NCBI GenBank assembly: GCA_045653705.1
Contig: JAZOMG010000038.1
Span: forward strand, 44,994-108,993
DNA: 64,000 nucleotides
Direction of reading: 5' to 3'
DNA from: Eubacteriales bacterium
GTDB taxonomy: Bacteria; Bacillota; Clostridia; Oscillospirales; CAG-272
The notes under the pieces were generated by a model. That model ran no database searches, was not told the DNA's origin, and worked only from the letters and a program-made list of their open reading frames with translations. A program made the translations under genes and the position numbers. Below, in pieces: positions 52,903 to 63,436 of this stretch; positions within the stretch are counted from its first letter, which is position 1, and each line of letters begins with the position of its first letter.

Positions 52903-53844
52903 TCACTGATTTTTAAATAGCTTCTCCGCATTATTTACAATCTCTTCAAATGTTTTTTCGCCGCCCCCGTCAATATCTATCCATTTAACGTAGGGCTTTG
53001 CCGAAAACCAGGTCATCTGACGCTTTGCGTATCTTCTTGTAGCCATTTTAAGCTCCTCTGCCGCCTCGTCAAGAGAAGCTCTGCCGAGCAGGTACGGAAG
53101 TATCTCCTTGTAGCCGATAGCCTGCGCCGCCGTTACGTTCTTCTCAAATACGCCCTCTGCCATGAGCCGCTCTGTCTCCTCAACAAGTCCCCCGTCGATC
53201 ATCATATCCACCCGTCGGTTTATTCGGTCATAGAGCGCCTCTCTGTCGGTATATCGCAGCCCTATAACACAGGCATCGTATCGGTCGGGGCTCTGCCTTG
53301 AGAGACTGTCAAGCTCGGTTTTGGTCACACCGCTTGCGCGGTATATCTCGATAGCCCTCGCTACCCGTTTTACATTATTTGGGTGAGTAGCCTCGGCGCT
53401 CTTTGGGTCTATCTCCAAAAGGATACGCCAAAGCGCCTCAGCGCCGTTTTTCTCGGCGTACTCGGCAAGCTCGGCTCTTACTGCCAGATCTACCGTATTG
53501 GGCGCGGGGTCACTGCCTCTGAGCAAGGCGTCAAGATAAAGCCCTGTGCCGCCGCATATTACGGGGAGCTTCCCCCTTGCGCCGCAACCGTCCACAGCCT
53601 CAGAAGCAAGGGCTACGTAATCCGCCGCCGAAAAGCTTTCCTCGGGCTCTGCCACGTCTATAAGGTGATGTCTTATTCTCGCCATTTCCTCTTGTGTGGG
53701 CTTTGCCGTACCGATATCCATACGGCGGTATACCTGCATAGAGTCACAGGAGATTATCTCCCCCGAAAGTCTTTCCGCAAGCTCTAAAGCAAGAGCGCTC
53801 TTGCCGCTCGCCGTAGGTCCAACTATTGCTAATATCCTTGTCAT
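52903..53844 (-). CDS. miaA: tRNA dimethylallyltransferase
   Basis: ILAIVGPTASGKSALALELA...IISCDSMQVYR.MDIGTAKP. Confidence 0.95.
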   Translation of the reverse strand: MTRILAIVGPTASGKSALALELAERLSGEIISCDSMQVYRRMDIGTAKPTQEEMARIRHHLIDVAEPEESFSAADYVALASEAVDGCGARGKLPVICGGTGLYLDALLRGSDPAPNTVDLAVRAELAEYAEKNGAEALWRILLEIDPKSAEATHPNNVKRVARAIEIYRASGVTKTELDSLSRQSPDRYDACVIGLRYTDREALYDRINRRVDMMIDGGLVEETERLMAEGVFEKNVTAAQAIGYKEILPYLLGRASLDEAAEELKMATRRYAKRQMTWFSAKPYVKWIDIDGGGEKTFEEIVNNAEKLFKNQ

Positions 53845-53907
53845 TAAAAATTCCTTTGCTTTTATAACTCAGCTCTTCAACCGCAAATAAAGCTCTTTAA
53901 TATAAAT

Positions 53908-53953
53908 GGGGCTGTTGCATTTAGATGCACAAGTCGCTAAATGCAACAGCCCC
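53908..53953. terminator. hairpin GGGGCTGTTGCATTTA...TAAATGCAACAGCCCC
   Basis: 16-bp stem between miaA and rny. Lacks a clear T-run. Member of the GGCTGT...ACAGCC family. Confidence 0.5.
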
Positions 53954-54053
53954 ATATCTATCCTCACGCGGCAAGCCGCTATTTACCTTTCCGAATTGCT
54001 CTATATAAAATATATATCAATCCCGCCAGGGAAACGAGTGATATTTGCGCGTA

Positions 54054-55622
54054 TTACTTAGCGTAATCAACCGCGCGGCTTTCTCTGATAATGTTTATCT
54101 TTATCTGACCGGGGTACTTGACATCTTCCTGAATCTTTGCCGCCATTTCGCGAGCGATAAGCTTCATTCCGTCATCATTTACTTCCTCGGGCTTAACCAT
54201 AACGCGTATCTCACGTCCCGCCTGTACTGCGAACGCCTTGTCTACTCCGCCAAAGCCCTTAGCGATCTCCTCGATCTTTTCGAGTCTCTTGATATAATTT
54301 TCAAGATCCTCACGGCGCGCTCCGGGTCTTGCAGCCGATATAGCGTCTGCCGCCTGAACGATGACCGCCGTTATTGTCTGCGCCTCTACGTCTCCGTGGT
54401 GCGCCTCGATAGCGTGGATAACATCCTTGCTTTCCTTGTATTTCTTAACGAGATTTACTCCAAGCTCTACGTGAGAGCCCTCCATCTCGTGGGTCTGAGC
54501 CTTTCCTATATCGTGGAGAAGTCCCGCCCTCTTAGCAACCGAGCTGTCAACGCCAAGCTCATCGGCTATCATTCCCGAAATAAGCGCCACTTCCATAGAA
54601 TGCTTAAGTACGTTCTGTCCGTAGCTTGTTCTGTATTTCAGTCTGCCGAGCATTCTTACAAGCTCGGGGTTGATTCCGTGGATACCCACGTCAAAGGTAG
54701 CTCGCTCACCTGCCTGCTTAATGCCTGCCTCAACCTCTCTCGTTGCCTTTTCAACCATTTCCTCAATTCTGGTAGGATGTATTCTACCGTCGGAAATAAG
54801 CTTTTCAAGAGCAACTCTTGCGGTCTCTCTGCGCACAGGGTCAAAGCCCGAAAGGGTTATAGCCTCGGGAGTATCGTCGATTATAAGCTCAACACCCGTC
54901 AGCTTTTCAAGCATCTGTATGTTTCTTCCCTCGCGTCCGATTATGCGGCCCATCATATCCTCGTTGGGCAGCGACACCACCGATACGGTAGTTTCTGCCA
55001 CGTGGTCTGCGGCGCATCTCTGAATAGCAAGCGAGATAATGTTTTTAGCCTTGGTGTCCGCCTCTTCCTTAAATTCAGCCTCAAGCTCGTCAAGACGCTG
55101 AGCAAGCTCGTGCTTCATTTCGGATTCTGCTCTTGCCAAAAGCTCTTCCTTAGCCTCGGCTACCGAAATACCCGATATTCTTTCAAGCACCACCATCTCT
55201 TTTTCGCGAAGCTCGTTTATCTGCTCGCGAAGAGCGTCGTTTTCCTTGATCTTCTTATCGAGAAGCTCGTTTTTCTTTTCCAAAGCCTCGGTCTTTTTAT
55301 CAAGATTTTCTTCCTTTTGGGTCAGTCTGCGCTCCATTCTCGATACCTCGGAGCGTCTCTCCTTAAGCTCTCTTTCAGCCTCGTTCCGCTGCTTGAGTAT
55401 TTCTTCCTTAGCGCTTATCAAGGCTTCCTTTTTCTGAGTTTCAGCCTCCTTGATACCCTCATCGCGGATACGCTTAGCCTCTTCCTCAGCCGAGCCTATT
55501 TCAAGCTCTGCCGTCTCTTGACGGCGCTTATATCCTACTTTATAGAATATAATACCGAAAGCGGTCGCCGCAACAGCAAAGCTTGCCGCGCCCGAAATCA
55601 GTCCAATCATCCATGGTTCCAT
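54054..55622 (-). CDS. rny: ribonuclease Y
   Basis: N-terminal TM segment, E/K-rich coiled coil, KH domain ([11 protein letters not shown]) and HD domain (HSMEVA...LHDIGK). Confidence 0.95.
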   Translation of the reverse strand: MEPWMIGLISGAASFAVAATAFGIIFYKVGYKRRQETAELEIGSAEEEAKRIRDEGIKEAETQKKEALISAKEEILKQRNEAERELKERRSEVSRMERRLTQKEENLDKKTEALEKKNELLDKKIKENDALREQINELREKEMVVLERISGISVAEAKEELLARAESEMKHELAQRLDELEAEFKEEADTKAKNIISLAIQRCAADHVAETTVSVVSLPNEDMMGRIIGREGRNIQMLEKLTGVELIIDDTPEAITLSGFDPVRRETARVALEKLISDGRIHPTRIEEMVEKATREVEAGIKQAGERATFDVGIHGINPELVRMLGRLKYRTSYGQNVLKHSMEVALISGMIADELGVDSSVAKRAGLLHDIGKAQTHEMEGSHVELGVNLVKKYKESKDVIHAIEAHHGDVEAQTITAVIVQAADAISAARPGARREDLENYIKRLEKIEEIAKGFGGVDKAFAVQAGREIRVMVKPEEVNDDGMKLIAREMAAKIQEDVKYPGQIKINIIRESRAVDYAK

Positions 55623-55771
55623 TCTTAAAACACCTCCTTTTTTCGTGTTTTCCTTATCTTAATTTAATTATTTTGTATCATAAGAAGCGGCAAGTACAGT
55701 ACCTCTTCTTAAATTAATTCTCGCCAAGGAAGCTATCCTCCGCAAGAAATGAATCCTCTGACACATACTAT

Positions 55772-55800
55772 ATTTTACACGATTTTTGTTGATTTGTCAA
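55772..55800 (-). promoter_or_regulatory. sigma-A-type promoter upstream of rny
   Basis: On the minus strand: TTGACA, 17-nt spacer, TAAAAT. This leaves a leader of about 145 nt. Confidence 0.5.
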
Positions 55801-55918
55801 GAGCTTTGAACAAATACGCCCGCCGCCGCCCGAAAAATATACATTTTTTTCACATTTTTATACTGTATAGGAAAAATGCTCCGTCAAGCCTGTGGCAAAA
55901 CGGAGCATAAATCATTTT

Positions 55919-57019
55919 TTATTCAATTATAGGCTCGGCAACACTGCTCATAACGTATAGGGTCATTCCGCCATAAGATACCCTGTACCATGTTCCGTTA
56001 CGGCTGACACCCGTACACAGAATTCCCGACTGTCCGGCTAATGCACCGCCCTCTTCAAAATCCGATGCGCTAACGGTTGCCTTTATATTATCGCTTGATG
56101 CCGACGCATCGGGGAAGCTGCGAAGATTCATAGAGCCCTCTTTAGGTACTACATAGGTAAAGCCTACGGGGGCATCGTACAGCATAGAATCGGCAGAGCC
56201 CTTTCTTACGTAATCGATATCAATATATCCGTATCTTCCGCCGTCAAGAATTATCTTGGCATATCCGTCTCCGCGCTCTGCTATGTGTATCTCGGTGCAA
56301 GCGGGAAGTCCGTCTATCCCCGATATTCTGTTTTCCAGTGAGGGGCTGTCGTATACGTATGCCTTTTCGGTCATATCTATATAGCTTACCTCATATTGCT
56401 CTACCCTCTGAACGGTGACCTCATTCAAATCAAAGCCGTAAAGAAGCTCATCCGCCTCGGTGAGGTTGGTTCTGTCTATAACCACTGCCGATATCATAGG
56501 TATGAACATACTCCAAGGCGCGGGTGACGTCTGACTGTAGCCGTCTGTCTCGCCCTCTCCGCCGATAATCAATATTCCGCCGTTATAAAGCCCCCAGTAA
56601 GCATTCTCTCCGCATCTGCCGCCGAACAGATAAAGCTGACCGAGAAGAGCTATTTCGGTTGTGGTGCTGTCGCTGTAGGTCACGGTGAAAACACCGCCCT
56701 CACCAATGGACACATTGGCAATAGAGCGCCCCGACAAGCCCACAGGGCCTCTCTGACCCTCTTCGCCGTCCTCTCCGTCCTTACCGTCCTTGCCGTTCTC
56801 TCCGTCCTTGCCGTCAACGCCGTCCTTGCCGTTCTCACCCGCGTCACCCTTTTCGCCCTTTACAATTCCAACGGTGCTTTTCGTTCCGTCGGTAAAGTAT
56901 ATAACTAGCTCTCCGTTTTCATCTATCCTTGCCGTTCTTACCTCTCTGGGCTCACTCTGACAAGAGCAGAATATGAGCAAAAAACAAAGCATCAAGGCAA
57001 CAGCAATAATCTTTTTCAT
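55919..57019 (-). CDS. lipoprotein with collagen-like G-X-Y repeat, BspA/LRR-like segment and SH3b-like C-terminal domains
   Basis: Signal peptide with lipobox-like LIFCSC. 14 uninterrupted G-X-Y triplets (GEKGDAGENGKDG...GPVGLSG). YWGLYNGGILIIGGEGETDGY resembles BspA-type LRR. Confidence 0.6.
   Translation of the reverse strand: MKKIIAVALMLCFLLIFCSCQSEPREVRTARIDENGELVIYFTDGTKSTVGIVKGEKGDAGENGKDGVDGKDGENGKDGKDGEDGEEGQRGPVGLSGRSIANVSIGEGGVFTVTYSDSTTTEIALLGQLYLFGGRCGENAYWGLYNGGILIIGGEGETDGYSQTSPAPWSMFIPMISAVVIDRTNLTEADELLYGFDLNEVTVQRVEQYEVSYIDMTEKAYVYDSPSLENRISGIDGLPACTEIHIAERGDGYAKIILDGGRYGYIDIDYVRKGSADSMLYDAPVGFTYVVPKEGSMNLRSFPDASASSDNIKATVSASDFEEGGALAGQSGILCTGVSRNGTWYRVSYGGMTLYVMSSVAEPIIE
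56729..56857 (-). repeat. coding tandem 9-nt-periodic repeat (collagen-like G-X-Y tract)
   Basis: Repeated GTCCTTGCCGTT/GTCCTTACC units on the plus strand encode GKDGxxG. Confidence 0.8.
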
Positions 57020-57158
57020 ATTTTAACTTCCTTTCGGGTAACGATTTTTACGTTTGGTTCTTGGACAGCAGCCAAAAAAAATTATCTTGCTATTAAATTA
57101 TACTATTTTTTCCTTTGCAAGTCAACATAAATTGGTTAAAAATAAACCTATTTTTGTA

Positions 57159-57187
57159 TTGACTTTCCTATATAAAAGTGATATAAT
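57159..57187 (+). promoter_or_regulatory. consensus sigma-A promoter
   Basis: TTGACT, 17-nt spacer, TGA-TATAAT. Confidence 0.6.
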
Positions 57188-57226
57188 CTGTAAGGTTAAA
57201 AAACGACAGTTAAACGGAGGCATATA

Positions 57227-58642
57227 ATGCACAATCTTCTTGCTATATCAATAGCTATTTTCGCGGGTCTTATGCTGTCCCGTGTCGCAAAGCTTTTAAA
57301 GCTCCCTGCGGTTACGGCATACCTTGTGGCGGGAATCTTAGTAGGACCTTACGTCCTCGGTCAGCTTGGAGAGCTTCTCTTCACAAATTTCGGTATAGGC
57401 GGCGTTGGCTTTATATCCGAGGACAGCGTAAAGGCGGTTTCTATAATATCCGAGGTCGCTCTCGGCTTCATCGCATTTTCCATCGGTAACGAATTCAGAG
57501 TTTCCCAACTTAAAAAGATTGGAAAACAGGCTACCGTTATCGGAATAGCCCAGGCTATACTTACAGCGCTTTTGGTGGATGCCGCTCTCATCGGGCTTCA
57601 TTTCCTTATGCCCCACGTGTTTTCCATCCGCGTGGCAATCACCCTCGGCGCAATTGCTACGGCAACCGCTCCCGCGGCAACCCTGATGGTAGTTAAGCAG
57701 TACAAGGCAAAGGGTCCTCTTACGTCGATTCTTCTCCCCGTTGTCGCTCTTGACGATGCGGTGGGGCTGGTGGTATTTTCGGTTTCCTTCGGTATCGCGA
57801 AAGCATTAGTACCCGGCGGCTCTATCAGTGTAATATCGGTACTTGTAGAGCCTCTGCTCGAGGTTGCTCTCTCCTTAGCCTTGGGCGGTCTTATGGGTCT
57901 TGCCTTTACTTTCTTTGAGAGATTTTTCCACTCTCGCTCCAAGAGACTTTCTATGTCGGTAGCTTTCGTTATGCTGACGGTTGCTATCTGTCTTATAGTA
58001 AACGACCTTGAGCCCTCTATTCCCCTCGGAAACGGCGAGCATCTGACATTCCATATGTCCTCACTGCTCACCTGTATGATGCTTGGAACTATCTTCTGCA
58101 ACATCTGTGATTTCTCCGAGGAGCTTATGGACAGAGTTGACCGCTGGACAGCTCCTGTGTTTGTACTGTTCTTCGTAATAAGCGGCGCGGAGCTTGAGCT
58201 GTCGGTGTTCACAAGCCTGTCGGTGGTTATAGTAGGTGTTGTTTACATAATCGCTCGCTCCATAGGTAAATATTCGGGAGCTTATCTCTCTGCCAAGGCT
58301 GTAAAGTGCGACAAAAAGATAGTTAACTATCTCGGTATAACCCTTTTGCCTCAGGCGGGCGTTGCCCTCGGTATGGCAATGCAGGTAGGCGCGGCTAAGG
58401 GCTTTGAGGGTGATGCCGACCTTGTAAGAAACATCACACTGTTCGCAGTTCTCATATACGAGCTTGTAGGTCCTATGCTGACAAAGATCTCCCTGCTTCG
58501 CGCAGGCGAGATACGCCCCGACGGCAGAACAAGTGCCCGTGAGGCGGCAAGAATACACAAGCAACGCAGACTTCAACAGCAAAGGGAAGCCGAAAGGGCT
58601 GAAAAAGCCGCTCACAAGGCTGAAATGGCAGAAAAGAAGTAA
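57227..58642 (+). CDS. cation:proton antiporter (CPA2/Kef-type Na+/H+ exchanger family)
   Basis: About 12 TM segments. N-terminal LKLPAVTAYLVAGILVGPYVLG motif. K/E/R-rich cytoplasmic tail. Confidence 0.8.
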   Translation: MHNLLAISIAIFAGLMLSRVAKLLKLPAVTAYLVAGILVGPYVLGQLGELLFTNFGIGGVGFISEDSVKAVSIISEVALGFIAFSIGNEFRVSQLKKIGKQATVIGIAQAILTALLVDAALIGLHFLMPHVFSIRVAITLGAIATATAPAATLMVVKQYKAKGPLTSILLPVVALDDAVGLVVFSVSFGIAKALVPGGSISVISVLVEPLLEVALSLALGGLMGLAFTFFERFFHSRSKRLSMSVAFVMLTVAICLIVNDLEPSIPLGNGEHLTFHMSSLLTCMMLGTIFCNICDFSEELMDRVDRWTAPVFVLFFVISGAELELSVFTSLSVVIVGVVYIIARSIGKYSGAYLSAKAVKCDKKIVNYLGITLLPQAGVALGMAMQVGAAKGFEGDADLVRNITLFAVLIYELVGPMLTKISLLRAGEIRPDGRTSAREAARIHKQRRLQQQREAERAEKAAHKAEMAEKK

Positions 58643-58674
58643 GCTGTATTTATTGGAATTGATATAACTCAAAA

Positions 58675-58715
58675 GGGGCTGCCTCAAATGCAAATTTGAG
58701 ACAGCCCCTTTTTGT
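58675..58715 (+). terminator. intrinsic terminator (GGGGCTGCCTCAAAT-gca-ATTTGAGACAGCCCC + TTTTTG)
   Basis: 15-bp stem (one mismatch) plus a T-run. Near-identical to 39924-39960. Confidence 0.8.
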
Positions 58716-58721
58716 GCTTTC

Positions 58722-58847
58722 CACCTCATCAGTCTCGCGTGCGCTCGACAGCTTCCCCTCAAGGGGAAGCCTAAAATGACAATGCGAATCTAATCTAAAG
58801 GCTTCCCCTTGAGGGGAAGCTGTCGCCGTATGGCGACTGATGAGGTG
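58722..58847. repeat. about 126-bp nested palindromic element (CACCTCATCAGTC...GACAGCTTCCCCTCAAGGGGAAGCC // GGCTTCCCCTTGAGGGGAAGCTGTC...GACTGATGAGGTG)
   Basis: The outer 13-nt and inner 25-nt arms are inverted copies. Each GCTTCCCC-n4-GGGGAAGC is itself a hairpin. Confidence 0.75.
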
Positions 58848-59152
58848 TAGAACGCGAAGCGTTCGTAAAAACAATTAATATATTATTGCATTTTCTCGGG
58901 TCGTCGAAGCATCGACCCCTACTACCTTGTTTCATCTAAAAGTTTACACTTTATCCGATTTGCCATACAAACACTCAGCGTATCACTTTTCGCCTACGAC
59001 GAAAGCCACGAACGTAAGTTCGTGACTTTTGCGAAGCAAAAAGGCTTAGGATGACACATGGAGTGATTGCGACAGTAAATAAATTGAATAATGTCAAGTT
59101 TTAAATGAAACAAAGTACTACAATCCCGTAGCTACCGTATCACAGCCTACCG

Positions 59153-61054
59153 TCAGCTCTCAAACTGAGAATGGTAGAGGGAATGATAAAATCCGTGTTG
59201 TGACATAAGATCATCGTGAGTTCCCTGCTCGATTATATTTCCGTCCTTGACCACAAGTATGAGGTCAGCGTTTTGTATAGTTGACAGTCGGTGAGCGATA
59301 ACAAAGCAGGTTCTGCCTGCCATAAGGGAATACATAGCAGACTGTATCTTTTGCTCTGTTCGCGAGTCTACGTTTGAGGTTGCCTCATCCAGTATGAGCA
59401 TGGGAGAATCGGCAAGCATAGCCCGAGCTATGGTTATAAGCTGCTTGTGACCCTTGGAGATATTCACACCGTCATCGGAAAGCACCGTGTCGTAGCCCTC
59501 GGGCAGACCCTCGATATAGGAATGGATATGCGCCATTTTAGCAACGCGCTCCACTTCTTCCCGTGTTGCGCCCTCTTTTCCGTAGGTGATATTCTCATAT
59601 ATCGTTCCGTGAAAGAGCCATGTGTCCTGAAGCACCATTGTGTACCAGCCTCTGTGGCTCTCTCGGGTCACGCCCTCTATCTCCTTGCCGTCCACAAGTA
59701 TTCTGCCCTCACCTACGTCGTAAAAGCGCATAAGGAGATTGATGATCGTCGTCTTACCCGCCCCCGTAGGTCCTACGATAGCTATTGTGCTTCCGCTCTT
59801 GACCGACAGCGAAAGGTCTTTTATTATAGTCTTGCCCTCAACGTATCCGAAGCGTACATTCTCAAAATCAACGTTGCCCTTTACGTCGGTCAACACCTCG
59901 GCGTTCTGAACGTCAAGCTTTTCGGGAGCTTCGTCGATAATTGCGAATACCTTTTCCGCAGAGGAAGCGGCAGATTGGAGATCGTGAATGATGTTCGCAA
60001 ATTCGTTTATAGGCCCTGCGAATTTTCTTGAATACTGCACAAATGCCGAAATACCGCCAAAGGATATAGTGAATATGGGTAATATATTGGCACTTCCCGT
60101 AGCGTTCAGCACCGAGAAAAGATAAAACATACCGCCAAGCATCGCCACAAGAGACAAGGACAGATTGTTTATGAAGTTAACGGTAGGTCCTACGGTCGCC
60201 GCATAGTATTCGGCGTTATAATAGGCATCGACCGCTTCCTTATTTTTCTTGTCGAAGCGCTCGCCTATAACGCCCTCTCGGCTATACGCGCGAATGGTTT
60301 TCTGACCCGACAGCATTTCCTCGGCATAGCCGTTAAGCTCGCCAAGCTTCTGCGACCGAGTTCTGAACAGGGGGCGCACCTTTGCGGAGCGGTATCGTGT
60401 ATAAAGAATAGACATAGGAACGGTTACGGCAAACACGCAAAGAAGCATAGGCGAGATAGTCGCCATCATAATAAGCGAGCCTACTACCGTCACAACGCTT
60501 GCCCCTACCTGTAAAAGGTCGTGGGACAGTGAGGTGTTGACAGTGTCTATATCATAGGATATACGGCTTATAAGCTCGCCTGTGGCGTGAGTATCGAAAT
60601 ATCCCACAGGAAGCTCTGTAAGATGCTCGAAAAGCTCCTTGCGCATACTGTAAACCACCTTTTGGCTCAGGCGTATCATAAGCACCGCAAGAATATATGA
60701 CATTACCGCCGATATAACGTAAAAGGATAGCATAAGACCGCAATAAAGCAATACTCTGCCCATATTTACTTCTATGACATCGGACAGCGTTTCAATAACG
60801 CTTCCGTCGGCTTGGATGACCTCGATGACCTTTGGCGAAAATTCGTCTATCGCCTTTTGGGAAAGCTTAGGCGCGGCGAGAGACAGAAGATTTGACATAA
60901 GCATCATAATAAAGCAGACAGCCACAAGTCCTTTATGGGCAAAAAGATATTTGGAAATTCTGCGGATAACCGCCATCTTTGCCCCTTTGCTCATTTTAGG
61001 CTGATTAGGCTGAGCCGTAGCAGCCCCTTTTTTCTTATCAGTCAAGGATAGCAC
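59153..61054 (-). CDS. ABC exporter, fused permease/ATPase (heterodimer partner B)
   Basis: Six-TM domain, then Walker A GPTGAGKTT, signature ISKGHKQL (degenerate LSGGQ) and Walker B LILDEATS. Confidence 0.85.
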   Translation of the reverse strand: MLSLTDKKKGAATAQPNQPKMSKGAKMAVIRRISKYLFAHKGLVAVCFIMMLMSNLLSLAAPKLSQKAIDEFSPKVIEVIQADGSVIETLSDVIEVNMGRVLLYCGLMLSFYVISAVMSYILAVLMIRLSQKVVYSMRKELFEHLTELPVGYFDTHATGELISRISYDIDTVNTSLSHDLLQVGASVVTVVGSLIMMATISPMLLCVFAVTVPMSILYTRYRSAKVRPLFRTRSQKLGELNGYAEEMLSGQKTIRAYSREGVIGERFDKKNKEAVDAYYNAEYYAATVGPTVNFINNLSLSLVAMLGGMFYLFSVLNATGSANILPIFTISFGGISAFVQYSRKFAGPINEFANIIHDLQSAASSAEKVFAIIDEAPEKLDVQNAEVLTDVKGNVDFENVRFGYVEGKTIIKDLSLSVKSGSTIAIVGPTGAGKTTIINLLMRFYDVGEGRILVDGKEIEGVTRESHRGWYTMVLQDTWLFHGTIYENITYGKEGATREEVERVAKMAHIHSYIEGLPEGYDTVLSDDGVNISKGHKQLITIARAMLADSPMLILDEATSNVDSRTEQKIQSAMYSLMAGRTCFVIAHRLSTIQNADLILVVKDGNIIEQGTHDDLMSQHGFYHSLYHSQFES

Positions 61055-62762
61055 CCCCTATCTGCGAGTCGCTTATCTCTCGGTAGACAGAACAGCTCTC
61101 TATCAGCTCGTCGTGGCTGCCCATAGCCAGAAGCTCGCCATCGTCAAGAACTAAAATAAGGTCGCAATTCATTACAGAGCTTACTCTCTGCGCTACGATA
61201 ACGGTGGTTATACCAAAAAAATTCTCACGTATTGCCTTACGGAGTCTTGCGTCGGTCTTATAGTCAAGAGCCGAGGACGCATCGTCAAGTATAAGTATCT
61301 CGGGGCTTCCCGCAAGAGCGCGGGAAATAAGCAGGCGCTGGCGCTGACCACCCGAAAGGTTAGTTCCCTTAGCCTGAAGCATATGGTCGTATCCGTCCTC
61401 GTAGCCCTCGATATACTCTGCCGCCTGAGCGGTCTTTGCCGCAAGGCGTATGCTCTCATCGGATATGTCTCTTCCGAAGCGTATGTTATCGGCTATGCTT
61501 CCAACGTATATAAAGTCATTCTGCATAACCACGCCGAACATTGAGTTAAGCTCCTCATGGGGGATAGTGCGGATATCTCTGCCGTCAATACGTATGCTAC
61601 CCTCTCCCACGTCGTAAAAGCGCATAAGAAGCTGAAGTAGAGTGGTCTTACCGCTTCCCGTAGCTCCAATAATACCCACCGAGCCGCCCCTCTTAATCGA
61701 GAAAGAAATATCGGACAGATTGTTTTTCTTTCCGAGATAGGAAAAGCTTACCTTGTCAAATTCTATGTAAGGAGCATTGCTCACAGGGGGATATTTTTCC
61801 TCGCTCTCAATAGACAGGTCGGGCTCGGTGTTTATGACCTCGGCTATTCTTGCCGCCGATGCCATACCCTTTGTGCTGTTAACGAATATTCTCGCCAGAG
61901 CCATCATTGCCATAGAAATAAGGGTGAAATACTGAATAAACGCAACGATAATACCGGGGTCCGTTCCGCTGTCGCGAACACGTACGGCTCCAACGGCTAT
62001 TACGGTGACAAGTCCGAAATTCAGGAAAAAGGTGACGAGGGGATTGGACGCCGCCATTGTGATGCCCGCCTTTTTTTCGTCTGCCACAAGGCGAAGATTA
62101 GCCTTATCGAATTTTCTCTTTTCGTAATCGGTCTTTGACAGCGCCTTTATTACACGAATACCCTGAGAATCCTCTCTGACTATTCTCGTCATAGCGTCAA
62201 GAGAGCTTTGGGTCTTTTTAAAAAGCGGTATTCCCTTTCTGCTGATGATCACCACGGAAATAGTGATAAAGGGCAATATCAGCGCCATAATAAGCGTAAG
62301 TATGGGATCCATATTCAAGGTCATTATCATACCGCCTACCAGCAATATGGGAGCGCGAACGCCCATTCTCATACTCATTCCCACAAGGTGATGTATATGG
62401 TAGGTATCGGAGGTGAGGCGCGACTCAAGGCTTGGGATAGTAAAGCTGTCTATCTGTCTTGAGCTGAGAGACATTACACGCTTAAAAAGATTGTGCCTTA
62501 TCTTCTCCGTAGAGTGTTTTGCGGTCCTTGCCGCCATTCTGTTTGCCACAATATTTCCAAAGCAGGCAAGCAGGGCGCAGGATATCATTACCGCTCCCCA
62601 TAAAAATATTTTCTTCAGCTCCCTTTCGGGAACTACGTTGTCAAGTATATGACTTAAAATATAAGGAATAAACAGCTCCACAAGGGTCGCCCCCGTCTTT
62701 ATTACAAGCGACAGGGCTATAAACCACTTATAGGGCTTTAGGTATTCTATCAATAGCTTCAT
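61038..62762 (-). CDS. ABC exporter, fused permease/ATPase (heterodimer partner A)
   Basis: Walker A GATGSGKTT, canonical LSGGQRQR and ILILDDASS. 17-nt overlap with the partner gene. Confidence 0.85.
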   Translation of the reverse strand: MKLLIEYLKPYKWFIALSLVIKTGATLVELFIPYILSHILDNVVPERELKKIFLWGAVMISCALLACFGNIVANRMAARTAKHSTEKIRHNLFKRVMSLSSRQIDSFTIPSLESRLTSDTYHIHHLVGMSMRMGVRAPILLVGGMIMTLNMDPILTLIMALILPFITISVVIISRKGIPLFKKTQSSLDAMTRIVREDSQGIRVIKALSKTDYEKRKFDKANLRLVADEKKAGITMAASNPLVTFFLNFGLVTVIAVGAVRVRDSGTDPGIIVAFIQYFTLISMAMMALARIFVNSTKGMASAARIAEVINTEPDLSIESEEKYPPVSNAPYIEFDKVSFSYLGKKNNLSDISFSIKRGGSVGIIGATGSGKTTLLQLLMRFYDVGEGSIRIDGRDIRTIPHEELNSMFGVVMQNDFIYVGSIADNIRFGRDISDESIRLAAKTAQAAEYIEGYEDGYDHMLQAKGTNLSGGQRQRLLISRALAGSPEILILDDASSALDYKTDARLRKAIRENFFGITTVIVAQRVSSVMNCDLILVLDDGELLAMGSHDELIESCSVYREISDSQIGGAILD

Positions 62763-62777
62763 ATATCAAAACCTCAA

Positions 62778-63251
62778 TCACAAAAGCTCCATTCGGAACT
62801 TAGTCCTTTCCGCCTGCGCTCCTCTTATCTCGACTATGTAGTCAAGCTCAAGAAGCTTATCGGTATCAAGTCGGTTATCTACCCTCAGTGTATGCACGCA
62901 TACCTGAAAGGGCATAAAGGGTGTATTGTATACACAGTGATGTCTCTTTCCCTCTTCAAAGACAAGGGCGGTGGATACCACTCCCTCTCTGAGCATTGTC
63001 ACAAGCCCCGCCTGCTCCCTCATATAGGTTATCGCCGTAGTAGAGCCTTCCATTCCCGTGACCTCGGTCTCCTCATAGGATATTTCTATCCGTCCCTTTT
63101 CCTCTGTAAGCCTGCCTACGGTATTTATCTCTACCGTTTCGGGCTCGGCATCGGGGAGCGCCGTAAGAGAGCCGTCATATTCATTATCCTCGGAAAACAG
63201 AGATGCCTCTACCTCATATCTTACCGACTTTATTTTTATTCTCACTTCCAT
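62778..63251 (-). CDS. DUF1934 (YwiB-like) beta-barrel protein
   Basis: 157 aa. The pattern ...GRIEISYEE....G..T.I......V.M.R.G.....L.FE.G... is typical of DUF1934. Confidence 0.6.
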   Translation of the reverse strand: MEVRIKIKSVRYEVEASLFSEDNEYDGSLTALPDAEPETVEINTVGRLTEEKGRIEISYEETEVTGMEGSTTAITYMREQAGLVTMLREGVVSTALVFEEGKRHHCVYNTPFMPFQVCVHTLRVDNRLDTDKLLELDYIVEIRGAQAERTKFRMELL

Positions 63252-63370
63252 AGGCGTCTCCTTTCTGCCTTAATTAAATTATATTTTATCATTTTTTTTT
63301 ACCCCTGTCAATAAATGTATAAAAACAAAAATAAAAATTGATAAAATTTTGAAAAAATATTATATTTCCT

Positions 63371-63399
63371 TTGACATACGGCGCGATTTGTGATATAAT
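63371..63399 (+). promoter_or_regulatory. consensus sigma-A promoter of galT
   Basis: TTGACA, 17-nt spacer, TGA-TATAAT. Confidence 0.65.
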
Positions 63400-63436
63400 G
63401 TAAGCAGAATATATTACCGTGATTTTGGAGGTCACA

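Noticed and set aside
54045-55628. A 527-aa ORF on the plus strand covering the entire rny gene in antisense.
   Set aside because: The minus-strand product is unmistakably RNase Y (TM, KH and HD domains). Its E/K/A-rich codons (GAA, AAG, GCN) have stop-free reverse complements. The antisense translation is low-complexity L/S/F-rich with no RBS, so it is a shadow ORF.
56729-56857. Tandem DNA repeat as a possible non-coding VNTR or CRISPR-like array.
   Set aside because: It lies in-frame within a long ORF and encodes a perfect G-X-Y collagen-like tract.
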